Positions 1 through 14,300 of a stretch of 64,000 nt of DNA are shown here, piece by piece. Origin of the DNA: Ruditapes philippinarum. Lineage: Eukaryota. The translations under genes and the position numbers were made by a program. Under the pieces are notes generated by a model. It was not told the origin of the DNA and searched no databases. It saw only the letters and a list, made by a program, of their open reading frames with translations. The stretch spans positions 1 through 64,000 of the forward strand of contig NW_026858315.1 in NCBI RefSeq assembly GCF_026571515.1, read 5' to 3'. Numbering within the stretch: position 1 is the stretch's first letter; the number at the start of each line of letters is the position of its first letter.

Positions 1-681
1 TGAAGAGCAAAAAAAAAAATAAAATAATTTTCATTTTTCATAGAACTACAGTTAACTTAAAATTTCCAATTCATATGTCATCTAATAGATATCATTATTT
101 TCTAACTGGGCCTTTTTAGAGGCACTACTTGGAATGGGGCCTTTCCCTTAAAGTGAATAAATCTATATCACTGCTGCCTGCAGTTCACATTGAATTCTAA
201 AAAATAATAAATCCTTGATAACTGTATGAAATAAATATGTTGATATAACTGCAGACATGCACAGATTCAGATATGGATCCAGAAATTCGCTTTTGAGGCT
301 TGCCTGAGTTAAAATACCTTTTTATGCCCTAAAACAAAAAGAATCAAAACTGCATATTGAATGGTAGCTTTTGGTGCATTTTATGTGCATACATGTAATT
401 TGATGATATATTTTCTCAGATAATTATTAAGTTTGTTTAGTCAGCCTTATTTTGCAAATATCAGTATGTACATTTTATTGAAAATATCAAAGGAAGAGAG
501 AAAAGCAGACAAACTACATAGTTTATTCTGACTAAATATCAACATGGCAAAAACATTTTTAAACCATATAAAGCAAGGCTCATTTGTCAGGTCAAGGCTC
601 AAGCAGTTGAGAGCCCAGATTCAGTGGTTGCAAAAACATGACTGATAAAATTTCAGTCATGTATACACAAAAATACACATA

Positions 682-1694
682 CGAGGGTTGTCCTAAAAGG
701 CTGTGACAAATTTTAAAGATGGTTCATTTTTAACGCCAATGGATAATAATTCACACACATTACCGTTGAGTTTTATTATTTAACATTATAACAAATCATT
801 TACAAAATATTTTCTCTTAGTTACTTTGATATTTTCAGTATTAATGACATTGGGTTGAGTTGCCGCACACGTCAAATAATTTGTATTTTGACAGAATAGG
901 CTAAAATTAATTACGTATATTCCAAATATCTGATAATGTGTCTGCACAATGCCACATTGACTTCCTCTGTTGCTATGTTTACATCATCTCAAATTTTAGT
1001 TAAATAACTTAAGAAACGAACAGCCTACGGCCAAATGAAAATATCTCAAAAATTAGGAAAGTTAAAATGGCAACGTTCGAAGAATTTGCGCCGCAGTGAA
1101 CAGGTCATATAAGTTTTGTGACTATTTCGAGATGACACATGTTACGATTTACAACAAATATACCAAATAGAACAGTTTAGAAACATATAATGAGCATTTG
1201 TGTACAAAAGGCATGAACGGAACCAAAGTTCTACACTACAAAAAACGAAAATAAGGAAAGCATGAATAGGAAGACCGATCTCGGTCGCCTATTTTCACAG
1301 CTAAAAGCAGGTGCAACCAGACCGGATGTTCGTGTGTAGAAAAAATTTATGTATGTCATCCAAACTTCAACAGACTTTAACAACCAATGATTTAAGTCTG
1401 TAATTGACGATTTATGGGTAAAGCTGCATCATTATTGCATTGAAAGCCATTGAGAGTATTTGAGAAAGGCGCCTTATATAGATTTAACGCCGTCTTTGAC
1501 CTTTGATGTGCGCTGTGATTCGGATAGTTGCCATGGTATTTACGGCATATGTTTGTTGTTTGTTGATATTTTTCAATGTAAGTTTGTGAAAGCGCTTCAA
1601 TTATATGGGTTTACAACATATTAAAATATCAAATTTGTATCTATTTTAGATAGCTTTTAAACAATCTTGTCACAGAATATTGGGACAACCCTCG
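682..1694. mobile_element. Non-autonomous Tc1/mariner-like element (~1.0 kb)
   Basis: TIRs TA|CGAGGGTTGTCC..TGTGACAA at 682 and TTGTCACA..GGACAACCCTCG|TA at 1694; TA target duplication; no transposase ORF in the track. Confidence 0.8.
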
Positions 1695-2016
1695 TACTTA
1701 GGTATATGTGTGTGTATGGGTTAATGGTATTCTCAATATTTCGACAGAAAGACCGACTGATTTTACAAACTGATATTACATAGATGTTAGTCTTTACCAT
1801 TGATTTAATAAAATGCCCTGGCACACAATATGTTGGGCTTGGCCTACTGGTTAATCGGTCAGACTAGAAACATGTGGTGGCAAGCTGTTGTTTTTACGTG
1901 CAAGAAACTTTACAATTCAGCATGATTTAATCAATTAATTTCAATTTCAATTAATTTCAATTGAAGTTGTGGTTCCCAAGTTAAAAGACATCGCCCATTA
2001 AAAAAATATCTCAATA

Positions 2017-2832
2017 CTGGTTTCCTAGCAGTTTCCGGCCACATATCGCACTTTATAACAAATAAAATAAAAACCAGTCTATGGAGGGATACAAAACTTT
2101 GACAGGACAAAGTTAGGTACCTAGCCAGCATTGCCATGTGTTTAATTTTGCACTTTTATTTTACTTTTTAATTTGAATATAGGCCTGAAATGTAACGATT
2201 TGTTTCACCTTTATTAAAAATTCATTGCAGATTTCCGGACCTTTTTTATTTTGAATATAATTCAGTACCATAAGCAATATTAAGATGGTTCTAAATTCAA
2301 AATTTTACTATTTCATGGTTAAATGTTGAATTCTGCTTAAGCCGGTGCTAGGGGGCGTGGACGGTAACTTGCACTTTCCAGTACCGTCCATGAACAGGCT
2401 CAATCAAACCGAGCCTGCAACATTTTCGATTTTGCCGTGTTGGGCTTTCTTTAGGGATTCTGAATTTATCTATTTTATCAACCAAACAGAACTTTCCAAC
2501 CTATTCTGTGTCGTCTGAAAAAATATTTTCCGAAGTACTATATGTATTGAGTTACCTAAGATGGGGTCTTAGTTATTGCGCATGGATATTCAAACTATAA
2601 TTCCCCAGGTGTTGCTTATTTTTGAATGTCGCATGTACTCTTATGTAACTTTTATTAACAGGCAAAACTTCAAAACATATATATTGTTGTACTATTTTTA
2701 ATGCTGTTTAGCATAGAAAACAAATGTTTCGCTGATTGGATGCCTAACTGGTAAAAATAGACTGTATGATACTGGACGAAAATGATAAAAGGCCGGAAAA
2801 CTGTTAGGGGACGGAAACTGCTATGAAACCTG
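2017..2832. mobile_element. TA-flanked MITE (Tc1/mariner-type)
   Basis: Left TA|CTGGTTTCCTAGCAGTTTCCG, right CGGAAACTGCTATGAAACCTG|TA (inverted, 2 mismatches). Internal ~2290-2465 recurs at ~54013-54190 and in reverse at ~48160-48270 and ~56180-56292. Confidence 0.65.
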
Positions 2833-3715
2833 TATCTCTTTGACAAATCTAATTAGTAATTACATTTAGTTGGACTGTACAGTATGGTTCCAGCAGTGCT
2901 TCAATATGCTGATAGCGCCCAACAAAATCAAAATCAATCTTACGGTATAAACTAAATCCGAATTAGATTCTAGTCAATCAATCAATAACACTGCGCTGAC
3001 ACAGACACATATCCACATCTCTGACAGACAACTAAAAAATTACTTCATTGTTGCTATGCATCCCGCACCCCATCCCGCACCCCTTTCCCCTCTCAATCCT
3101 TTAGTTTTCAGTTGATTCTGTACAGTACCTATGGAAAAACTTACTTACACACGTTACATGATGTGGCTTCGCTTGATAATACACAAAGAGTTACTTATTT
3201 TAAGTATTTTGTTGGATTTACTGAGTATAGTGTTAGTTTTTTTGTAGGTACAAATGGTGTACATATCATGAAGGGAAGTAACTCGCACTTTTCGGAATGG
3301 AGCATATGATAATGTATCTGTTGCAACATTGTTTTTCAACAAACAAGCATATGGTCACCTAGTTGTATCGGAGCAGGAGAGAATATATATTGAATAAATA
3401 ACGATTTAAAATATTTACGAACAACCTCATTTTGTTTATCTTTCCAACAGCTGACTGCAAGTTACCTGGGACTTAAAGTGATATAATTTATTATAGAAAC
3501 AAAATCATTATAAATAAACCTTTGAACTCCTTTCCTGCATTTCCCCTATTTTTGTATTGTTTTATGAATTTCATACAAATAATACAAACGTAATGCTGTA
3601 TGAAAGAGGACATTGTATTTTGATAATTTGTGACCTATTTTGAGGATATTAAATTCAGCTGATCTGCCACCTTCGACATATCATGCTTAATATATATGAA
3701 AGTAGAAATTTAATT

Positions 3716-3931
3716 GAGCCGCGTCACGACAAACCCAACATACATGTACTGCGTTTGCGACCAGCATGGATCTAGACCAACATGCGCGTCCGCGCAGTCT
3801 GATCAGGATCCCTACTGTGCGCTACCAGTTTCTCTACTTGAAATGGAGTTGGTAAGCGAACAGCATGGATCCTGATCAGACTGCGCGGATGGTCGCAAAC
3901 GCACTTTATTGGTTTTGTCGTGACGCTGCTC
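3716..3931. mobile_element. Palindromic Sola-like MITE, copy 1
   Basis: GAGCCGCGTCACGACAAA...TTTGTCGTGACGCTGCTC; long inverted arms; AATT on both flanks. Confidence 0.85.
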
Positions 3932-4134
3932 AATTGTTCTAATATAAGAAGTTCAACGGTGTCATCACATATTATTTGCTCGCTTGTGTTGATTTTGTAT
4001 GCTGGTGAATTGTGCCACCCAACTGCAATAGTTTGGAACTTATATAGGATTGATTGAATTTAATTAAAATAAATAAACGCATGCCTACATTAAAATGAGA
4101 GGGTGAGAGGCCATTCCCAAGAAATAAAATAAAA

Positions 4135-4282
4135 TCAATGAATCAATCTATAATGAATGAATAAATGAATGAATGAATAAATGAATGAATGAACGGAGAA
4201 TGAATTCAAGAAGAATGAATAAATGAATGAACGAAGAATAAATGAAAAAAAGAATGAATGAATGAAAAATGAATAAATAAAT
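4135..4282. repeat. Degenerate (GAAT)n/(AAAT)n microsatellite
   Basis: Runs of atgaatgaataaatgaatgaat. Confidence 0.8.
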
Positions 4283-5008
4283 AGATGTCGTAAACAACAA
4301 CTGACGGTGAACAAACAAATAAAATATTTCAATAGTATGAAGTATGAAGTGACCCGACGGAAAACAAGATAACCCATGTTATCAATCTCAAATCTTGAAC
4401 AACTTCAGTGGCTTTTGTCTGGTCCTCTTTCATCTTTCACGCATATGTAAACCATATACAAACCTTCAACCAGCTTGTTTAATAACAAGTCACGCTATGT
4501 TGAAATGAAAAAAAAAGGAAAAAAAACAGAAAAAAAAAACAACAACACCAGAGTCATCAAATTGGTAATAAAATTCACACAATCAGTGATTATATTTCAT
4601 TTAAATCTCACAAGCTTAAGGATTAAATGTCTACATCTTGTTTTGAATAAGCTCTCAAATTAATAAAAAAAATGAAAAAGGAATATAAAAGAAATTGAAA
4701 CGACCCTCCAATCCTAACGATGTAAATATTTGTATGTCGATCGTGAGAACATTAAAGTGTTTATCATGCATGTAAAATCCGACAAAACAGTGTTAAAGCA
4801 AATAAAATCATTCAAATCTTGCTTAGGAATATAGAGAAACGGAGGTAAAAATACAAAATATGTTTCGTTAATTTTTAAAGTAGATCTAGATCTAACAGAC
4901 AAAGATTGCGCACGATGCAGAGCATGATACATAAATTGTACAAATTAACCATTTAGTAGTGTTAATTGACGATTATAAGTATAGGTAAAAACAAGATTGT
5001 CAGTCAAG

Positions 5009-5305
5009 ATGTGTTCAGTTACGTGTACGTCATATTCTGCAGCGTCATTTTCATCCCATTCGCCCGAGAAATCATTTAACAATGCTGCCTTTGTTGACAT
5101 CAAAGATGAAAAGGAAATAGACATAGACAACGACGACGAGAAGAGCAACAACAAACAGGCTCTCGGCATAGAAAACATTGCCATAGATGAAAAGACAGAC
5201 GACCAAAATGAGGTTAAAAATCAGAAAACAGCTGAAACTTACAGAATGCATTATAAAGTTGGAGATGTTCCCGCTTTTCATCTCACATTCTTGTTTGGTC
5301 TTCAA
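5009..5305 (+). CDS. SLC23 alternative first coding exon 1a
   Basis: MCSVTC...acidic tail...[21 protein letters not shown]|gtaagt; phase 0, compatible with exon 9235. Confidence 0.8.
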
Positions 5306-8300
5306 GTAAGTATCATATATTAAAATGTTTAGTTATTTGTGTTCACATGAAGTTAATAATATACGAGTTGATATCATTATATATATGCACTTTGCATGAC
5401 GATGATAAAACGTGTCATTAAAGCGGATTTATGGCTACAGTTATATCATTTAAATTTCTATTCGTGCAGTTTAAAGAATATCTTCGTAGTCACTAAAATC
5501 TAGGATTTTACGGGTCATGTTTCTTTGCAAAACAGATTATTTCGCATAAATTGATTGCAAGATTATTCTTATAAAAGAAATAAACATTCAAATAGTTAAT
5601 TAATTTTATAAATTGTATACTTATATTCTGGTAAATTACGTTCTATTTGTTATTTATAATGTAATATGTGTCATTACTTATGTACTTGAAAACCCCAGTT
5701 ATGTAGTGTGATGACCTGTTATACGATCAATAAAATATTCCAATTATATGTGGTACCATACAATCATATTTTGCTTACTTTTCTGTCCAATATTGATATC
5801 GTTAAAAATTACATCTTAATAATCAAGGATTACTACATTCACCATATTTCAAATAGCTAGCACCGCGGCGATTCATTATATACGATATTTATTACTTTCA
5901 TTTTATCGTAAAAATATACATGTACGTTTATAATGTATATAAAAAATGATGATCAGTTTGAAATAAACTGAGATAAATTTTAAGTACAGTACACTTGATA
6001 AATATCATTAGTCGCGTGCTAAGCATCGACGACGACGACAACAACAACAAAACAACAACAACAATCCAAATAAATGTTTCGTAAAATGGTTGTTTGAGGA
6101 GATAATCATATTAAAAAGATGGAACTTATTTTGTTTATTAGTGTAACTGACAATCACGAGAATGTGGAAATCTCTCAGAGCTGACGTGTGATATGTGACA
6201 TCTTAAAACATTTCACAGTACGTTATTGTTCGGCGCAAACGCAGTATATACGGGACAATATTGTTTATCTGCGCTATTAATTTACACTAAACTCAATCAT
6301 TGTGCTCATTTGTGTTGGTTACACTTGATATAAACAATTTGGTTTTTTTTAAAGTACACACAGATGCACTCGGAATTTAAACGTTACCAGACGCGGCAGT
6401 GAATAATACAAGCGTCACACATTATGTGAGAAGTACGAGAGTGAAAGTGACTGAGTTGTAACCTTATGAGTGTAAAAATAACATATTCTTTGAGAGAAGA
6501 TCATAGAAAGGAATTTCAGACGTATGATTCTTATATTAAAATCAGGGTCTGTGAAAAGTTCAATGTTTGCTGCAAAAATGTATACATTCGAACTTATGAC
6601 ATACTCATTTGTGGACTATAACTGATACAATACAGACTTGCATAACTTTGATTCACGGCCCGCTTTGTGATGTCTATAAATCTTAATCGACAAAATTACG
6701 TTTCGTCTAAATTATTTCATCACAGAAAACAATGGACAGAAATACTATTCGTTCTTAATATTTCGTCTGTTTTTGATGTGTCGTCGATTATTTACTAAAA
6801 AAGAAGTGGTATGGTGTGATTAACTAGAAGAAAAGGACATTTGTCAATTGATTAATTAGCATATGTGGGGTTTATAAATTAAAATTGTTAATTGCAGACT
6901 GCAAAATATTTTAACAATCACAACAAATAATTCTAGCTACGATGATATTTTTAATTTACAACACGGTCGCTGAATATTTTGACGAAATAAAACTCACCTT
7001 TTTAGTAAAATAAGTGAAAGTAATGTGGTTAATGATGCAAGTATTTCGTTCATTTTATAATAAAAACCTTTTACATCAAAGCATCGGTAATGCATTTGTA
7101 CTCACTATTTCACATTAATGTCACAATAATGCTGGTAAGCTACTTTTCAATATACATGAATATTTCGGTAGCATAAAGTTGATAAGCAGTTTTAAAATTG
7201 CTACATTTGTATATATTTAAAGGTTCAGAACAATTTGCATTATTATCATTCCTTGTTATCCACGAATCTTAATGAACATAATTTTGTGTGTGTGCCTCAT
7301 ATTTTGTGTGTTACCTAAACGAAAAAAGCATTATTATGGGACTATGTTAACCTAGCTTTAACATGTTGACAGTTTATATATACACACAATAATAAATGAT
7401 ATCCCATACAACATTCGTTATAAACAAGGAGCTATTTACACATACAAATGATCGCATGAGACAAGAACCTGTTTCACCTGCTGTTCTTGCTTATAGATAC
7501 AAAATATGGTGTAGGATATAAAATTCTTTATTGATATGCATACGTTTGAAGTAATAAAGTAAGGTAATTTAATTTCAATACGACAGAAACACGTGACGCA
7601 ATTATTTCGTTTGAGAAATTGGTACATGTCCTTTACCGAATACAAAAGAGTTTGTGTGTGGACTTTTTTTTCTTGAAATTCATGAAACTCACTGGTTTTA
7701 GTAAATATGTGTGCAGCTGTATTTAAACCAACTTAAATTTAAAAAAAAAACTAAAATGGAAACCAAGGATCTGTATAAGGACAGATGTTTGCATGAAGAG
7801 AATGGATCTTTATTACCAGACAGCTTTGATGTACACGAGGGAGACTGTGGGTTCGATATTGTTGATGCAAATATGGAATCTGATAACCATATAGGCGATA
7901 AGGTTGTTAATTCTAGATATGACTCTAAATGTGACACAATAGAGGTGAACTTTGAAATAGATAAAGATGAACATGGAATGCATTATAAAGTATCTGATGT
8001 ACCTAATGCCGTCTTGTGTTTTGCATTTGGATTGCAGGTAATTTTATCTGTGCATGCATGGCTATTACTTTTGCTGTTCTTTGTGTAAATAAGTGTCAAT
8101 TTATCTTATGTTATAACCATTCTAAAATAAAATGTATTGAGGATATTGCTAAAATAAAATGTAATGGATAGTTTTTGCCACTATAGAAAATAGAATGTAT
8201 AATGTAAAGGATAGCTCTAAAATGAAATGTTTAGGAATGAGAATAGTTTTTTAACTTACAAGTTAATTTGTCTTATAAATTCAAACATAAAACAAGTAGA

Positions 8301-11300
8301 GACACTTAAAATAAAAGTTGTCCTACTTTGAAAACCAATCAATATCAGTATATTATAAATAAATTTCAACGTTTATAAAATGGGTATTTTCTTAGCTACA
8401 AGAAATAATTATTATGTCATTGTTATGCAAGCATTGCTAAAATTTCTTTTTTTTTGTTCTGAAAACTTAAAAATAGCATAATTTTGCAAATCAATCAATT
8501 TTACTTCGGCCGAGTATCTTTTTAAAGATACTTCTTGTTATTAGTTGGAGTCGGACTAGCTCTATAATGTGTATCTTTAAAGGACAAAAGTAATCTGTTA
8601 TACTAGTAATTCATGTTAATATAACTGTATAAAACAAGCATACATATGAATCTTTTGGATCTACCGTAAATATTTTTTCTGACTGGCATGATTGGTTTTG
8701 TATTATATAAAGCCTAACTGGGAACGAATCACGGCGCATTATTTGTTCGGAAAAGGTGTCTGACAAGTAATTTTGCACATGGGTTGAAGTACCGACAAAA
8801 TGATATCAATTTTAATTTTGTACAGATGGAATTTAAAGTACACACATATATACAACATGAGACATAATTGCATTAATATTTGTTTCCAGGGCGTTGTATC
8901 AAAATTTCTGTGGCATTTCTTTATATTTCAAACAGCTAGCATACCTATTTACTAATTAATACTAATATACCATGTCTTCATAGTATTTTGTACCACTGAT
9001 TTTTGAAAGAGTGCCATACATAAAATTATCAAACCCAGAGACATATTTGAACGTCTCTGTCACGGAAAAAATAATAAGTAACAATAGAACGATTAGTTAG
9101 ACAAAACGGGATAAAGTATGGTTAGAAATCCAACGTTCTATTAAGACTAAACTTAGCCCAAATTTAAGTTTTGATAATGACACCAAGTGGACGGTTACGT
9201 AACATTGATTAATTTTTATTTCTTACTTTTTCAGCAAGTGTTACTAAGTATAAGTTCAACCATTTCTATTCCTTTGATTGTCGCCAATGAGATTTGTGCT
9301 GGTGACCTTGACCTTGTGAAGTCAGAGATCATGTCGACGTTTTTATTTATGTGCGGACTTTGCACCATATTGCAGACGGCTATAGGCGTGAGGTATGCTT
9401 TTATAATGTATATATAGTCATACCAGAATAAGTACTCTGTACTTATTTTTTTCGTGCCTTGCGCATTATTTGTTAAAATAAAGCCAAAAATTAAAGGGAA
9501 TGATTACTGATATTGTACTGTGAATTGATATTACACTGTAAATACGAATTCGTTAAGAAAGGGGACATTTCAGCAGAAATACGTACCCAAATCTCAGGCT
9601 GATACTGGTATTATAAGTCATTTAAGCATTCATGTTTTATTCTTATTTTCTTTCAAATGAGACTTAATGATGTCATTTTATTATTAACATCATGTATCTT
9701 TTTTGTAAAGACTGCCAATAATACAAGGAGGATGTCACAAGTTTATACCTGCAGTTGCCGCACTTATGGCCTTACCCATCTGGAAATGTCCGGATCTAAG
9801 CCAAGTTACAAGTCTGGTTGTCCATGGAAACGGATCGGAATTAAACGAAACATTCGTACCGAGATTTACCGATGATCAGCGGACAGACATGTGGCAAACA
9901 CGAATGAGGGAGGTATAGTATAAACCAACAACATTTCTGCTAAGCACACATGTAATACTTGCTAAATTGACAGATTCTTTGAGGATGCTTTCGCTAAAAA
10001 AAGTATACTCGATGAAATTCATATGACTTGTGGAAGAATACGTTGTATTTATGTAGATCTTATTTCGATTATTGATCTTTTTGGTTCAAATAATGGCCGG
10101 CCCTTTGTTTCAAATTAATTAATCTGAATTGTAAGCGAGATCAAAATTATTTCTGTGTATAACTTATTTCTGCTTATGTAATCAATTTTGCATGATTTCG
10201 GATAAAACACTTCGATGATTTCGTTTTCAAAATGATCATATGATAATTATTCCTATTAAAAAGTGTATCTTTTGTGTGTCAAAATTTAGAACGTCAAAAA
10301 GATGTTGCATAAGTGAATAATTTGTAACTTTCAGAAGAAGTTCAGTCTCATTTGGCTTGAATATTTTATTTTATTAGAACTAATATACAATCGTGGTATT
10401 ATTACTGTATAAATTGTGCTCACATATATATAAGTATTATTTTGAAGTCTCGTAAATTTAATACATGAACATTGAACTAGAGAGATATAAAAATACAAAA
10501 AATATGGTCTTCTTTTAGTTATAGGCTCACCCAGTCTGCATTGCACGAATATACAATTTTACTTACAACAATAGATGTTTTTTCTCTTGGGATTGTTTTG
10601 TTTGAGTTTTGATTTCCCCTGAATCTTCGTATGCACTTTAATATCAAGTAGTGCGTGTAGGGAAAATGAAGGAATCTCATTCATTTGTATTTTAATTAAA
10701 GTAGTGTATTCCTTCAGATGGAAACAATTACAGCACAATTAAAAAGTCGTTGGAAAATATGTTAATTGATCTTATTTGCATACATTTCTAGGAACGTGTA
10801 CTTTTACTCCAAGGTTTTTTGTTTGTTGATCTTGTTTTTTACATACTGTTTTGGTCACATCTTGGCGCTCAGTCCGCCTAACTGGCTTTCCAGTCTAAGA
10901 GAGTGGTGGCCTAGTGGTTAATGTGTCTGCCTCTGAACTCAGGGATCATGTTTGAGCCCTACTCGGGTCACGACCATGTTTCCTCATATGACACCGGTGC
11001 TGGTTGGTGCCAGGAAGAGGGCTACAAGTGATTAGAATAAGTTGCAAGAACAGTATTGTTCAGCAATCAAGCTTAAATATATATGTTTAAACTAAACTAA
11101 ACTGACCAGTCTATACCAATTTATCTGTAAGTGACCGACTACTGATCCAACATGGTTTCCGAACCACCGATGAGAGACAAATGACCATTAGACAGAATGT
11201 CCGAGATAAACTGCCGCTGAGAAATTTCACCTTGTCCGAGGATAAAACCTGTCGCACCCTCAGTTACAAATCTTATGATGCCCTTGTTCAGCTAAGCGGG

Positions 11301-14300
11301 CAAATATGTTAGCCGTTTTATTTGAACATACATATTATTAAAGAAGGTATATTGTTTATTTCTAGAAAACATGGTAAAGTTTGAATCATTGTTTTCACAG
11401 ATTCAAGGGGGAATAATTCTGTCAGCACTTGTACAGGTATTTATAGGATGTACAGGTATTCTTGGTTTGATTTTACATTGTATTGGACCTATAACCATTG
11501 TACCAACTATAACCTTGGTTGGACTATCTCTAATTGACGTAGCACTCCGCTTCTGCCAGGTTCACTGGGGAATTACAAGTTTGTAAGAAATGTTCTTTTT
11601 TTCTTTTTCATAAATCGGATCCATATTCTATTTTTAAGAAAAAGAATTGTACAGGCATATTCCTGATTGTGAATCACTATTCGGCAATCAACACTAATAT
11701 GTATGACGGTGTTTCTGATGACGTGTACAATGATGTCACATTATAAAAATGCCTTTTTCATTTTAGCATATCGGAAATTTTACTTAATGACTTGAACATA
11801 ATATGTAGAAGTACATTTACACGGCCAGGAAGCGGTATGAGCACACCATACACAAATTATTAAAGCTGTATACCTTCAGTTGAGCGAAGAAGTTTTAGTC
11901 AATCAACATTCAGAAAAAATATATATGTGTACTAAGATTTAAAAAAAATATTCAGAATTCAAGGAATGATGTACATGTTATATGAAATAATTGACTGTTT
12001 TTGCAGTATTTATCACCATATCTTTACTGGATAACTAAAACCCCTGTCACACTAGGACGGCGTTCTCACGGCGTCCTAAAAAAATTCAGAACGCCAAGGT
12101 GAGCGCAGTAAGATCGCAAACATCGCCACAGCATCGCCGTAGCATCGTAGTGGCATCGCATAGAACGCCGACCAACGGCGCGCATTTTGAACACGCTCAA
12201 AACAAACGCCGTCACTCGGCGTTCTAAAATGAGCGCAGTAGCATCGCAGTAAGGACGCCGTAGCAACTCAGTAGCATCTTCTACAACGCAACAGGAGCGC
12301 CGCGAAAGCGCAAAAGGAACGCCGAATCAACTCGATGGTTATCCACGGCGCTTGTACCAAGATTGTGCGACGTCTTTACCGCGCTTAGACTGCGTGTGCA
12401 CGGCGCTTTTACGGAGCTTTACTATTTCGACGCAGTGTGAGCGCTGCGAGAGCGTCGTATGAGCGCCGTTAATGCGCAGTGAAAGCGCAAAGAACGTCGT
12501 AGAAGCGCAGTCCGAACGTAGACAATCGCCAACTAAAACGCCGTTGAAGCTCCGTAGCATCGCCATGATCGCCGTGAAGACGCCGTGAAGACGCCGTGAA
12601 GTCTTCATGACATCAACAATATCACATTTTTTACTGCGATCTCGCGGCGTTTTGTTAAATTTAACAACGCCGTGCAAACGCAGTGAAAGCGCATTCTAGT
12701 GTGACAGGGCCTTAACGCAGTAAGGGCTAATTTTCAATATTTTGACCCTTATTTGGTAATTAATGTGTATTGAAAGTGTCGTTTGCAGTGTGTAATTCAC
12801 AATATTTTACTCTTTAATACATTTTCAAAATTTTCATGAAAATTTCATGAATCTGGAGTCTTGCTGCTTAAACGAAGTTTTCCGATTTTCTTTGTCCTGG
12901 TTAGCTCATATTGATGTATGCCGTTTGTATAGACTAATTTTGTATTATCGTAATCACATGAATAAGATAACACTTTTTAGAAATTTTACTTTCAGAACTG
13001 TGTGTCTTGTTTTCCTATTTGCGCTGTACATGAGTGAAATCAAGATTCCGTTTCCAGCATATAACAGACAAAAGAAATGTCATATAATAAAGTATCCAGT
13101 ATTCAAACTACTGCCGGTAAAGTATATGTTTTTATACATGTATATGTTTATCTTATATAAATTACTGAAAGATAAGATAAATATTCCTGATTTTCAGCGT
13201 GTTACAAACGACTGCATAATGCATACATACTTCATTTAAAAGTAAACTTTAAAATTTCAATAATGCAAAAAAAAAAAATAAAAAAATGCTGTAACTTTTC
13301 ATGTACAATTTATTATTTTCGGGTAAGATGTACCTTGATTTACCAATATTTACCCCAGGTGCCGCTAGGTTAAAGAAATACAGACATTATCTTGCATTTC
13401 AGGCGTATAGAAGTCTGAGGGATAGAAATACTTATATTGTAATAATTGCCTCTGTTTGATTTTGAACAGGTGATATTAGCAGTTCTCATTTCTTGGGGAG
13501 TATGTGCCATTTTAACTGTCACCGACAAATTATCATCAGATCCCAAAAGCCAGGAATATTTCACCCGCACAGACTCACGAACACATGTTCTACATGCTGC
13601 TAAATGGTTCTACTTTCCGTACCCAGGTAAAAGATTTGAAATACGGATTTCATTTTCTAAGTTTTTTTAACTAAAGATATGTACTTATTTCTTAAAAATT
13701 GTTCATACTGCGTTAAACTTTATACAAAATTCGAATGGATCTGCACAAAAAATATTTTTCAACCGTTTTAGGTCAATGGGGTCTTCCGACAATTAGTGTT
13801 GCAAGTTTCATGGCAATGCTTGCCGCAACAATGACATCCATAATAGAATCTGTTGGTGATTACTACGCATGCGCAAGAATATCTTGCGTTTCACCACCGC
13901 CTGCGCACGCAGTTAATAGAGGCATCGCCATGGAAGGGTTTGGTAGCATACTATCTGGTATTGTAGGATCAGGAGGGGCGACAACTTCTTACAGCCAAAA
14001 TGTTGGCGCCATTGGATTTACAAAGGTAAGGAACATTTTACTAATTTTTTTAAAATAATTATTGCATGTGATCAAAGGTGCTAGTCGCATTGATTTGACT
14101 GACCTAAAATATGTTTAATTTTGTTATTCATGAAATATAATGTCCATATATTAAAAACACTCCGATTTTTTGTAATATTGTTTAGACTAACAGTATAACG
14201 AAAACCTATTTTTTACTTTTATTTTTTTTTAATAAATGGATATTATATTGCATTAATAAAAACAATATTAAACACACTTTAGGTCAAAATCAATGCGACT

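Noticed and set aside
4135-4377. Hydrophobic minus-strand ORF
   Set aside because: Low-complexity (ATTC)n translation.
12066-12677. ORFs in a GC-rich island, possible foreign gene
   Set aside because: Interior of a Harbinger-like MITE with TIRs and a TAA duplication; no recognisable protein.
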